From Chloroflexota bacterium (GTDB lineage Bacteria; Chloroflexota; Limnocylindria; P2-11E), in NCBI GenBank assembly GCA_016183435.1, contig JACPEQ010000011.1:1-54355 (forward strand): a stretch of DNA of 54,355 nucleotides. The letters are read 5' to 3'. A program made the translations under genes and the position numbers. The stretch's first letter is position 1, and every line of letters begins with the position of its first letter. Positions 29,214 through 38,927 of the stretch are shown here, one piece after another. Under the pieces are notes generated by a model. That model worked only from the letters and a program-made list of their open reading frames with translations. It made no database searches and had not been told where the DNA came from.

Positions 29214-30025
29214 GGCCGCGGCGCACGCTCCTCGTCGCGCTGGCGCATCCGGACGACGAGACGTTCGGCGTCGGCGGTGTCATGGCCCGCGCGGTCGACG
29301 AGGGTCATCACGTCGTCATCGTGTGCGCGACTCGCGGCGAGGCCGGTGAGATCGCGGATCCGTCCCTGGCGACGCCGGAGACGCTCGGCGCGGTGCGTGA
29401 GCGGGAGCTGCGCAGCGCGGCGCGGGCCCTAGGCGTCGACGACGTGCGCTTCCTGGGACACCGCGACTCCGGGATGGCCGGCACGCCGGAGAACCAGCAC
29501 CCCGCCGCGCTGCTGAACGCGGATCCGCAGCTGGTCGTGGGGCAGCTCGTGGGCGTGATACGCGACGTGCGCCCCGACGTGCTCGTGACGTTCGAGCCGG
29601 GCGGGATCTACGGGCACCCGGACCACGTCACGATCAGCGAGCGCGCGACGGCCGCGGTCGAGGCGGCGGGTGACGCGACGCACTGGCCTGAAGCGGGGAA
29701 GCCGCACCGCGTGCCGCGCCTGTACTACGTCGCGCTGCCGCGCAGCGTGCTCCGCGAGTTCCGGAGCGCCGCCGAAGCCGCCGGTGTGCAGTGGGGCCTC
29801 GCTGACGCGATGCGGGTCGAGCAGGCGGTGGACGACAAGGACATCGACGCCGCGCTCGACGTCACGCCGTGGATCGCCCGCAAGAAGGCCGCGGTCGCCG
29901 CGCATGCGACACAGCTCGGGACGATGCAGAAGATGCCGGAAGGCTTCACCGAGCGCATGTTCTCGCGCGAGTGGTTCGTCCTCGCGCGCGGCGAGCGCGA
30001 CGGGGAGCTGCTGGCCGGGCTGTAG
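29210..30025 (+). CDS. PIG-L/LmbE family deacetylase
   Basis: ATGA overlap with the cyclase gene. It carries the AHPDDETFG motif and HPDH. Confidence 0.85.
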   Translation: MRPRRTLLVALAHPDDETFGVGGVMARAVDEGHHVVIVCATRGEAGEIADPSLATPETLGAVRERELRSAARALGVDDVRFLGHRDSGMAGTPENQHPAALLNADPQLVVGQLVGVIRDVRPDVLVTFEPGGIYGHPDHVTISERATAAVEAAGDATHWPEAGKPHRVPRLYYVALPRSVLREFRSAAEAAGVQWGLADAMRVEQAVDDKDIDAALDVTPWIARKKAAVAAHATQLGTMQKMPEGFTERMFSREWFVLARGERDGELLAGL

Positions 30026-30029
30026 GGCG

Positions 30030-30818
30030 CTACGCGACCTGGTCGCGGAGCTGGACCTCTTCGATCTTGATCCGCGCCTCCACAGGTGCGCGCAGCTCGA
30101 GGCGGCGCGACGCCTGTGAGAGCGCGAAGCAGATGACGAAGTAGATGACGGCGATATAGAGGAAGACCTCGAGCGGATTGAAGAACTGCGTGTAAATGAC
30201 GCGGCCCTGGCGCACGAGCTCGAACACGCCGATGGTCGCGACGAGCGAGGTGTCCTTGATCACCGTCGTGAGCTGGCCCATCATCGCCGGGACCATGAGC
30301 CGCAGCGCCTGCGGCAGGACCACGAAGCGCATCGACCCGACGTAGCTCAGGCCGAGCGCCGAGGCGGCCTCGGTCTGGCCCTTCGGCAGCGCGGTGATCC
30401 CGGCGCGGATGATCTCGGCGAGGACCGCGGAGGTGTACAGCGACAGGCCGAGGACGCCCGCCCAGAAGCGCGACAGCTCGAAGTCCTCGCCGAAGATCGG
30501 GGTCATGATCGGCCGGAAGAGCGCCGTCCCCTTGATGCCGAAGTACACGATCAGCAGCAGGACGGGCAGCGCCCGGATCGTCTCGATGTACAGGATCGAC
30601 GGCCAGCGGATCCACGGCCGCGTGGAGAGGCGCCCGAGCGCGAAGAGCAGCCCGACGACGAACGAGAGCAGGACCGATGCGACGGACAGCTTGAGCGTCT
30701 CGCCGAGGCCCTCCCCGAAGAACCGGACGATCGCGGGATCGACGAACAGGTACCACGTGTCGCAGCGGATGCCGGGCGTGGCGCAGACGGCGGCACGGAG
30801 GAGATCGAACGGGTTCAT
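30030..30818 (-). CDS. Amino-acid ABC transporter permease
   Basis: Polar amino-acid (His/Glu/Gln/Arg) permease blocks EIIRAGITALPKGQTEAASALGLS. Confidence 0.85.
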   Translation of the reverse strand: MNPFDLLRAAVCATPGIRCDTWYLFVDPAIVRFFGEGLGETLKLSVASVLLSFVVGLLFALGRLSTRPWIRWPSILYIETIRALPVLLLIVYFGIKGTALFRPIMTPIFGEDFELSRFWAGVLGLSLYTSAVLAEIIRAGITALPKGQTEAASALGLSYVGSMRFVVLPQALRLMVPAMMGQLTTVIKDTSLVATIGVFELVRQGRVIYTQFFNPLEVFLYIAVIYFVICFALSQASRRLELRAPVEARIKIEEVQLRDQVA

Positions 30819-31486
30819 CGGGCGACCAGCAGCCTTCGCTCGAGCCAGTTCACTCCGAGGCTCGCCGGGATCGTGAGGACGAGGTAGAGGAGGACGACGG
30901 CGCCGAACGCCTCCTCGGTGCGGAACGTCCGTGACTCCACGATCTCGGCGGCCTGCAGCAACTCCGCGACGCCGATCGTGGAGGCGAGCGACGTGTTCTT
31001 GATGAGGGCGATCCCGATGTTCCCGAGCGGCGGGATCGTCGCGCGGAAGGTCTGCGGCAGCTGCACGTAGCGGAGGGTCTGCACGTACGACAGGCCGAGC
31101 GATCGGGCCGCCTCGATCTGACCCTTGTCGACGCCGAGGAGGCCGCCGCGGATGACCTCCGCCACGTACGCGCCGTGGTACAGCGCCATCCCCGCCGCCC
31201 CCGCGCGGAAGATCGACTCGAACGTGTCCGTCGTCCAGAACCGGAAGCCGAGGGCGCCGAGGCCGAGGAACAGGAAGAAGAGCTGCACCAGGAGCGGCGT
31301 GTTCCGGAAGAACTCGACGTAGGCGACCCCGACCCAGCGCAGCGGAGGGATGGGGGAGATGCGGAACAGCGCGATGAGAGTACCGGCGGCGAGCGCGCCG
31401 ATCGACCCGAGGACCGACAGCTGGACCGTGAGGAACAGGCCGGTGAAGAAGAGGTCGGGGAACTCGAACATGATCGCGCCAGGCAT
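30815..31486 (-). CDS. Amino-acid ABC transporter permease
   Basis: EVIRGGLLGVDKGQIEAARSLGLS block. ATG 31486 is preceded by ggaagga; the track ORF starts 60 nt further upstream. Confidence 0.85.
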   Translation of the reverse strand: MPGAIMFEFPDLFFTGLFLTVQLSVLGSIGALAAGTLIALFRISPIPPLRWVGVAYVEFFRNTPLLVQLFFLFLGLGALGFRFWTTDTFESIFRAGAAGMALYHGAYVAEVIRGGLLGVDKGQIEAARSLGLSYVQTLRYVQLPQTFRATIPPLGNIGIALIKNTSLASTIGVAELLQAAEIVESRTFRTEEAFGAVVLLYLVLTIPASLGVNWLERRLLVAR

Positions 31487-31502
31487 CGTCAGGTCCTTCC
31501 GT

Positions 31503-31590
31503 CCCCCACGCGCGCAGACCGAGGCGCGCACGCCGAGGTCGGGCACGTGGGCCTGAGGGAGGGCTTTGCCCGACCGAGGGTCGGAACAGG
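31503..31590 (+). repeat. Dispersed repeat family, copy E1
   Basis: cgcgcgcagaccgaggcgcgc ... cccgaccgagggtcggaacagg shares its 5' and 3' ends with the copies at 36742, 43466 and 47750. Confidence 0.75.
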
Positions 31591-31593
31591 AAC

Positions 31594-31618
31594 GGGGGCC
31601 GGCATCACGCCGGCCCCC
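31594..31618 (-). promoter_or_regulatory. Intercistronic 10-bp GC hairpin between the binding-protein and permease genes
   Basis: Perfect stem gggggccggc/gccggccccc with a 5-nt loop, 24 nt downstream of the binding-protein stop codon. No U tract, so more likely an mRNA stabiliser or attenuator than a full terminator. Confidence 0.5.
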
Positions 31619-31642
31619 GCCTCTGGAACTTCGCTCTCAGCG

Positions 31643-32566
31643 CTAGCCGCCCGGACGGCCCTTGTCGTGGGGTCCGTCCTTGACGTCGCCGGACACCGGG
31701 GTGATGTGCTTCTTGTAGAGCGCGGCCCAGCGGCCGTCGGCGATCATGTCGGCGATCACCTTGTTGAGGAACGGGGCGAACCCGGTCCGGCCCTTGGCGA
31801 TGCCGATGCCGTACGGCTCGTCGGAGAAGTAGCCGCCCACGATCTTCGTGTTCGGGTCCTGCTTCACGAGGCCGAAGAGGATCGTCTCGTCGGTCGAGAC
31901 GGCGTCGGCCTGGCCCTGCTGGAGCGCGATGAGGCACGGCGGGTAGCTGTCGAGCAGCAGGAGCTTGGCGTCCTTGTTCTTGGCCGCGATGTTCTTCTCG
32001 CTCGTCGAGCCCTTGGCCGTGCAGACCGTCTTGCCCTTGAGGTCCGCGACCTCCTTGATCGTCGTGTCCGACTTCTTCACGAGGATCTTCTGGCCCGTGC
32101 GGAAGTACACGGTGCTGAAGTCGATCTCCTTGAGGCGCTCCTCGTTGACGGTGAACGTGGCAGCGACGATGTCGGCCTTGTTGTCCTTCAGCGTCGGGAT
32201 GCGGGTCGCGGAGACGACCGGCACGTACTCGATGAACTTGTCCGGGTCGGCCTTCCCCTCGGCCCCGAAGATGGCGATGGCGAACTCGCGCACGACGTCG
32301 ACGTCGAAGCCTTCGAACTTGCAGGTGGCGGGGTTCTTCAGCCCGAACGGCACGTTGTCCTCGCGCGTGCCGACCTTGAGCTTGCCCTTGGTCTGGATGG
32401 CGTACTGGTACGACGCGAGCTCGAACTTGGGCTTGGCGGCCGCCGTCGCGGCCGGGGCCGCGGTCGGCGACGGCTGTGTGGGAGCACCACCTCCGCCGCC
32501 GCACGCCGCCGCGAGGACGGCGACGGCCGCGCCGAGGGCGGTGATGCGTACGAGGATGCTGCGCAT
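31643..32566 (-). CDS. Amino-acid ABC transporter substrate-binding lipoprotein
   Basis: Signal peptide with lipobox LAAACGG and a family-3 solute-binding fold (DVDVVREFA, STDETILFG). Confidence 0.85.
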   Translation of the reverse strand: MRSILVRITALGAAVAVLAAACGGGGGAPTQPSPTAAPAATAAAKPKFELASYQYAIQTKGKLKVGTREDNVPFGLKNPATCKFEGFDVDVVREFAIAIFGAEGKADPDKFIEYVPVVSATRIPTLKDNKADIVAATFTVNEERLKEIDFSTVYFRTGQKILVKKSDTTIKEVADLKGKTVCTAKGSTSEKNIAAKNKDAKLLLLDSYPPCLIALQQGQADAVSTDETILFGLVKQDPNTKIVGGYFSDEPYGIGIAKGRTGFAPFLNKVIADMIADGRWAALYKKHITPVSGDVKDGPHDKGRPGG

Positions 32567-32593
32567 GGACCCCTCCTTGCCCTTGCCTACTAC

Positions 32594-33328
32594 CTAGTGG
32601 TGGATGACCTTGCTCAAGAACTGCCGCGCCCGCTCCTCGCGGGCCCCGGCGAAGAACTCCCCGGTCGGCGAGTCCTCAATGATGCGCCCTGCGTCCATGA
32701 ACACAACACGGTCGGACGCCTCCCGGGCGAAGCCGATCTCGTGCGTCACGACGACCATCGTCATGCCCTCTTGGGCCAACTGGCGCATCACGTCGAGCAC
32801 CTCCCGGATCATCTCGGCGTCGAGGGCGCTCGTCGGCTCGTCGAACAGCATGATCTTGGGGTCCATGGCGAGCGCGCGCGCGATCGCGACCCGCTGCTGT
32901 TGGCCTCCCGACAGGCGCACCGGGAGCTGGTCGGCCTTCTCGGGGATGCCCACCTTCGCGAGCAGCTCCTGCGCCCGCTTGCGCGAGGCGGCAGCGTTCA
33001 GGCCCTTCACCTTCCGCGGCGCCAGCATGATGTTCTCGACCGCGGTGAGGTGGGGGAACAGGTTGAACTGCTGGAACACCATCCCGACCCGGCGCCGCAG
33101 CGCGTTCACGTCCGCCTTTGGATCGTGCACCGGCATGCCGTCGACGACGAGGCTGCCGCGCTGGATGGGCTCGAGCCGGTCGATGGTGCGGATCAGCGTG
33201 CTCTTCCCGGACCCGGACGGGCCGATGACGACGACGACCTCACCCTCGTCGACCTTCAGGTCGATCCCGTTCAGGACGTGAAGCGGCCCGAACCACTTGT
33301 GGACGTCGTGGAACTCGATGATCGGCAT
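32594..33328 (-). CDS. Amino-acid ABC transporter ATP-binding protein
   Basis: Walker A GPSGSGKST, signature LSGGQQQRVAIARAL and Walker B MLFDEPTSALD. Confidence 0.92.
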   Translation of the reverse strand: MPIIEFHDVHKWFGPLHVLNGIDLKVDEGEVVVVIGPSGSGKSTLIRTIDRLEPIQRGSLVVDGMPVHDPKADVNALRRRVGMVFQQFNLFPHLTAVENIMLAPRKVKGLNAAASRKRAQELLAKVGIPEKADQLPVRLSGGQQQRVAIARALAMDPKIMLFDEPTSALDAEMIREVLDVMRQLAQEGMTMVVVTHEIGFAREASDRVVFMDAGRIIEDSPTGEFFAGAREERARQFLSKVIHH

Positions 33329-33399
33329 GCGCTCGGCGGAGCCTAGCGGGCGAGCGCCGGTGCCGCGAGCCGGCGGGGGCGGCGGCTAGCCTTGCCAGC

Positions 33400-34212
33400 G
33401 TGAGCAGCGTGCTCGGGCGCTTCGCGGATCGCGCGCGGTCGGCGGGCGGCCGCGTCGGCGCGATCGTGATAGGCGAGGACGGCAGCGAGGCGCTCGCGCT
33501 CGATCCCGACGGCATCTATCCCGCGGCCTCGGTCATCAAGCTGCCGCTCGTGATGACGCTGTACGCCGACGCGGCGGCGGGCCGCCTGTCGCTCGAGGAG
33601 CGCGTGCCGGTGGGCGAGCGCGTCGACGGCTCGGGCGTCCTGCGGGACCTGATCGACGTCGCGCCGATGTCGCTCCGCGATCTCGCCGCGCTCTCCATGA
33701 CGGTGAGCGACAACACCGCCACGAACCGGCTCATCGAGCGCATCGGCACGGACCGGGTCGCCGATCGGCTGCGGGAGTGGGGATGTTCGGCGACACGCCT
33801 GCACCGCGGGATGTTCGACGTCGAGCGGAAGGCGAAGGGGCTCGAGAACCTCATGACGCCGCGAGAGACCGCATCGCTCCTGATGCGCGTGCTGCGCGAC
33901 ACCGACGCCGGCGCGGCGCCCGGTGCCTCGATGATGCGCCTGCTCGGGCGGAACACCGACCTCCTGCGTTTGGGCCGCTACCTGCCGGGCGACGTGAAGC
34001 TCGCGCACAAGGACGGCTGGGGCGAGGACCCCGATCCGGTGAACAACGACGCCGGGATCGTGACCGCGCGCCGTCGGGTCATCGTCGCCGGGTTCACGCA
34101 CCGCGTCGGGACGCTCGTCGCGCGCCCGCTGCTCGGGCTCCTCGGCCTCGCCGCGGCGGAGCTCGCCGGAGCAGAGGTGTCCCTTCCGGAGGAGATGGCC
34201 GGCGGCGCATGA
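33400..34212 (+). CDS. Class A beta-lactamase-related serine hydrolase
   Basis: SVIK (SxxK), SDN (VSDNTATN) and a KDG (HKDGWG) triad. Confidence 0.75.
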   Translation: MSSVLGRFADRARSAGGRVGAIVIGEDGSEALALDPDGIYPAASVIKLPLVMTLYADAAAGRLSLEERVPVGERVDGSGVLRDLIDVAPMSLRDLAALSMTVSDNTATNRLIERIGTDRVADRLREWGCSATRLHRGMFDVERKAKGLENLMTPRETASLLMRVLRDTDAGAAPGASMMRLLGRNTDLLRLGRYLPGDVKLAHKDGWGEDPDPVNNDAGIVTARRRVIVAGFTHRVGTLVARPLLGLLGLAAAELAGAEVSLPEEMAGGA

Positions 34213-34604
34213 TGCTCGCGATGCCGCGCCGCCGTGCCCGCTCGTCCCTCGCGCGGTCGATCCGCCCGCTGATCTCGGTCGGCGTGCTCGCCTTCGGCCT
34301 CGTGCTGAGCGGCGCGTTCGTCGGCATCGCGGTGCGGCAGAACGCCGTGCAGCAGGAGGGGCGCGCGGCGCAGCAGCAGATCGACGCGGAGCTCGCGCGC
34401 CAGGCGCAGCTGCGGGCGCAGATCGCGGAGCGCAAGACGGACACGTACGTGATCGACAAGGCGCGCGAGCTCGGCTACGTGCGGCCGGGGGAGGGCTTGA
34501 TCGCCGTCGAGCGTGGTCCATCGGGCGAGCCGGTGGTGCGGATCAACGCATCGGACGGCGGGCGGCTCGGTCGCTGGCTCGCGGTGTTCTTCGGGACGCG
34601 ATAG
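34209..34604 (+). CDS. Septum formation initiator (FtsB/DivIC-like) family protein
   Basis: ATGA overlap. A single TM helix followed by a Gln/Ala-rich coiled coil and YVIDKARELGYVRPGE. Confidence 0.7.
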   Translation: MMLAMPRRRARSSLARSIRPLISVGVLAFGLVLSGAFVGIAVRQNAVQQEGRAAQQQIDAELARQAQLRAQIAERKTDTYVIDKARELGYVRPGEGLIAVERGPSGEPVVRINASDGGRLGRWLAVFFGTR

Positions 34605-34667
34605 CGATCGCATTCTCACGCGGTCGGATCCGCTTGAGCGATCGCACGTCGTCACGTAGAATGGCCG

Positions 34668-34739
34668 AGCGGGGTAGTGGAGTGGCACCACGGAGGGCTC
34701 ATAACCCTCAGACCGGGCGTTCGAATCGCCCCCCCGCAA
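34668..34739 (+). tRNA. Initiator tRNA-fMet (anticodon CAT), CCA not encoded
   Basis: Manual cloverleaf: AGCGGGG TA GTGG AGTGGCA CCAC G GAGGG CTCATAA CCCTC AGACC GGGCG TTCGAAT CGCCC CCCCGCA A. It has a 1:72 mismatch and three G:C pairs closing the anticodon stem, and the 3' half resembles E. coli tRNA-fMet (..CCCCCGCAA). Confidence 0.88.
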
Positions 34740-34751
34740 CAGCGAGACGAA

Positions 34752-34800
34752 GTCCTTCAGTTGTGGACCATGGAGGACCGGACTGGAGGGCTTTTCTTTG
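34752..34800 (+). terminator. Probable intrinsic terminator after tRNA-fMet
   Basis: ccttcagt ... actggagg stem (one G:U) followed by gcttttctttg. Confidence 0.5.
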
Positions 34801-35181
34801 CCATACAAGGATCGGGACCGCCGAAGGGAATACGGCCGCGAGTGGATCAGGAGGAACGGGGAGAGAGCGCGTGCGGCGATGCGTCGTTGGCGCGCGCGCC
34901 ATCCTGAGGCACACAACGCTGAGTCACGTCTCTTCTACTCGCGACACTCAGACCGGATCCTCGCTCGTTCGAGCGCGTACCACAGGGCGAATCTGCACGT
35001 ACTGCACAAGCACAAGCTCACCGAGGACGAGTACCGCGAGCGGCGACGCAGGGAGGGCCTCTACGTCCGCCCGCGCGTGCGGCTTCCCCTTCGCTGGGTG
35101 GTGGACCGGCTCGATGACACCGGCTGGCTGGGGGAGACCTCGGGCTCCTTCTCCGCCTCGCTCATGAGCTTCGAGGGATAG
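34798..35181 (+). pseudogene. Phage-type recombination endonuclease VII-like gene fragment (catalytic part lost)
   Basis: MPYKDRDRRREYGREWIRRN...HKLTEDEYRERRRREG resembles the N-terminal part of phage Endo VII/HNH-associated proteins. The expected Cys-rich continuation after ..QGG is absent, and the tail overlaps the XRE gene on the other strand. Confidence 0.4.
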
Positions 35182-35360
35182 ACCCCGAGGGCTTCGGCGA
35201 TCTGCGAGAGCGCGTCGACCGAGATGTTCCGGTGACCGCGCTCCACGAGCGAGATGTACGTGCGGTGCAGCCCCGACTCCTCGGCGAGCGCCTCCTGTGA
35301 CAGTCCGACGTTCTCGCGGTACTTCCTGATCACGCGGCCGACGCGCGGAGCCAGCGCCAC
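35061..35360 (-). CDS. XRE-family helix-turn-helix transcriptional regulator
   Basis: IRKYRENVGLSQEALAEESGLHRTYISLVERGHRNISVDALSQIAEALGV is a classic Cro/C1-type HTH. Confidence 0.8.
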   Translation of the reverse strand: MALAPRVGRVIRKYRENVGLSQEALAEESGLHRTYISLVERGHRNISVDALSQIAEALGVYPSKLMSEAEKEPEVSPSQPVSSSRSTTQRRGSRTRGRT

Positions 35361-35407
35361 AGCGTGAGGGTCGCGGTGGCCGTTACACCGGGTCTACAGA
35401 CCATAGT

Positions 35408-35662
35408 GTGCAAGCGCATGCCGATCATCGCAGCGTGCGGTACAGCATCAGGAGCGCAGGCGCCTGGGGCGACCTCGCGGACGTGCGGCATGACGAGGCG
35501 GACCGGCTCGGCTTCGCGCTCGCCATCTTCGGGGCCGAGGCGACGCTGCGCTGTGTCGCGCGGGTCGGCACGGTGACGCTGTACGACCGGCGCGGGCGCG
35601 AGCTGCTGGCCTACGACGCCGAGCGGCTGTCGATGCTCGGTGGCCCGTTCTTCGAGAGGTAG
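35408..35662 (+). CDS. Hypothetical protein divergent from the XRE regulator
   Basis: 84-aa ORF with host-like third-position GC from about 35470 onward and an alternative GTG start at 35483. I recognise no family. Confidence 0.35.
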   Translation: MQAHADHRSVRYSIRSAGAWGDLADVRHDEADRLGFALAIFGAEATLRCVARVGTVTLYDRRGRELLAYDAERLSMLGGPFFER

Positions 35663-35699
35663 CCCGAGTTCTACGATAGGATCGACTTCCCGAGCACTC

Positions 35700-35771
35700 G
35701 GCTGGGTAGCTCAGTGGCAGAGCAGCGGCGTCATAATCCGCTGGCCGTGGGTTCGAATCCCACCCCAGCCA
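35700..35771 (+). tRNA. tRNA with anticodon CAT (elongator Met or Ile2/lysidine type), atypical anticodon arm
   Basis: GGCTGGG TA GCTC AGTGGCA GAGC A GCGGC GTCATAA TCCGC TGGCC GTGGG TTCGAAT CCCAC CCCAGCC A. It has a C31:U39 mismatch and G32, and ends 4 nt before the tilS ATG. Confidence 0.8.
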
Positions 35772-35775
35772 CTCG

Positions 35776-36732
35776 ATGACCTCCTCGACGACCTCCCAGC
35801 AGATCCGCGACACCGTGCGCCGCTTCGCCCTGGAGCACGACCTCTTCAAGCCGGGCGGGCTCGTCGTCGCCGTCTCCGGCGGCGTCGACTCGACCGCGCT
35901 TCTCCTCCTGCTGGCCGACCTCGCGCCCGGCATCGGGCTCGTCCTGCACGTCGCCCACTTCGATCACCGCCTGCGCCGCACCGGTGCGGCCGACGCGCAG
36001 TTCGTCTCCGGCCTCGCCGCGAGGGTCGGCGCCACGATCCGCGCCGGGCGCGCCGAGCGCGCGCCCAAGAGCGAGGACGACGCGCGCCGGGCGCGCTACG
36101 CCTTCCTCGAGCGGGTGGCCGCCGAGCGGCGGGCGACCGCGATCGCGACGGGCCATACGCGGGACGACCAGGCCGAGACCGTGCTCCTCCACTTGACGCG
36201 GGGGAGCGGCATCGGCGGCCTCGCCGGCATGCGGCCGTCGCGGGAGGGCATCGTGCGTCCGCTGCTGTGCATCGGCCGCGCGGAGACGGCCGCGGTGTGC
36301 GCCGCGGCGGGCATCGCCCCGCGAGAGGACCCGACGAACCGCTCGCTGCGATACGCGCGCAACCGCATCCGCAGACGCGTCCTTCCGGAGCTCGCCGCGA
36401 TCAACCCGCAGGTGAGCAGCGCGCTCGCGCGCGTCGCGGACGCCGCGGCGGACATCGCCGCATCGCACCGCGAGCGCGCGGTCGCACTGCTCGACGCCGC
36501 CACGCGTGACGGCGCGATCGACCTCGACGCGCTCGGCGCCGATCCGGCGGTGCGCGAGGAGGCCCTCGCGGTGGCCTGGGAGCGAGCGACCGGGCGCGTG
36601 CTCAGCGCGCGCCATCGCGAGGCCGTGGGGGCACAGGGAGCGCGCGGCGACGGGCACGCGGCGCTGGACCTACCGGGCGGACGCCTTACTCGTGAGCACC
36701 GCGAAGTGCGCATCCAGGTACACACGGAATGA
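35776..36732 (+). CDS. tilS: tRNA(Ile)-lysidine synthetase
   Basis: PP-loop VAVSGGVDSTALL and the blocks HFDHRLR, ATGHTRDDQAETVLL and RPLL. Confidence 0.88.
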   Translation: MTSSTTSQQIRDTVRRFALEHDLFKPGGLVVAVSGGVDSTALLLLLADLAPGIGLVLHVAHFDHRLRRTGAADAQFVSGLAARVGATIRAGRAERAPKSEDDARRARYAFLERVAAERRATAIATGHTRDDQAETVLLHLTRGSGIGGLAGMRPSREGIVRPLLCIGRAETAAVCAAAGIAPREDPTNRSLRYARNRIRRRVLPELAAINPQVSSALARVADAAADIAASHRERAVALLDAATRDGAIDLDALGADPAVREEALAVAWERATGRVLSARHREAVGAQGARGDGHAALDLPGGRLTREHREVRIQVHTE

Positions 36733-36741
36733 GACTGCGTA

Positions 36742-36840
36742 CCCGGGCGCGCAGACCGAGGCGCCGCAGCGCGCTACGCGCACAGGGCTCCTACCCCTGG
36801 GCACTCGCGAGGGGTTCCCCCGAGCGACGGTCGGAATAGG
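36742..36840 (+). repeat. Dispersed repeat family, copy E2
   Basis: cccgggcgcgcagaccgaggcgccgcagcg ... ggttcccccgagcgacggtcggaatagg. The interior differs from E3/E4. Confidence 0.75.
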
Positions 36841-36963
36841 GCCGGAATGCCGTGTCGGACCGGTACGTTCTGGTGGCATATCCGCCACGGCATGACGGAT
36901 GCCCTCACAAATGCCGTGTCCCGACGGTTAGCATCTTCACAGGTAGGTGAATAGGAGAGCGAG

Positions 36964-38910
<1,947 letters not shown>

Positions 38911-38927
38911 ACCGAGGCTCGGTCTCC

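Larger units (their letters stand above)
34740..35699. mobile_element. Degraded integrative/phage-like islet between two tRNA genes
   Basis: About 59% GC (34741-34840, hand count). It holds a truncated endonuclease-VII-like ORF, an XRE regulator and a divergent small ORF next to a tRNA. No integrase or att repeats were found. Confidence 0.4.
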
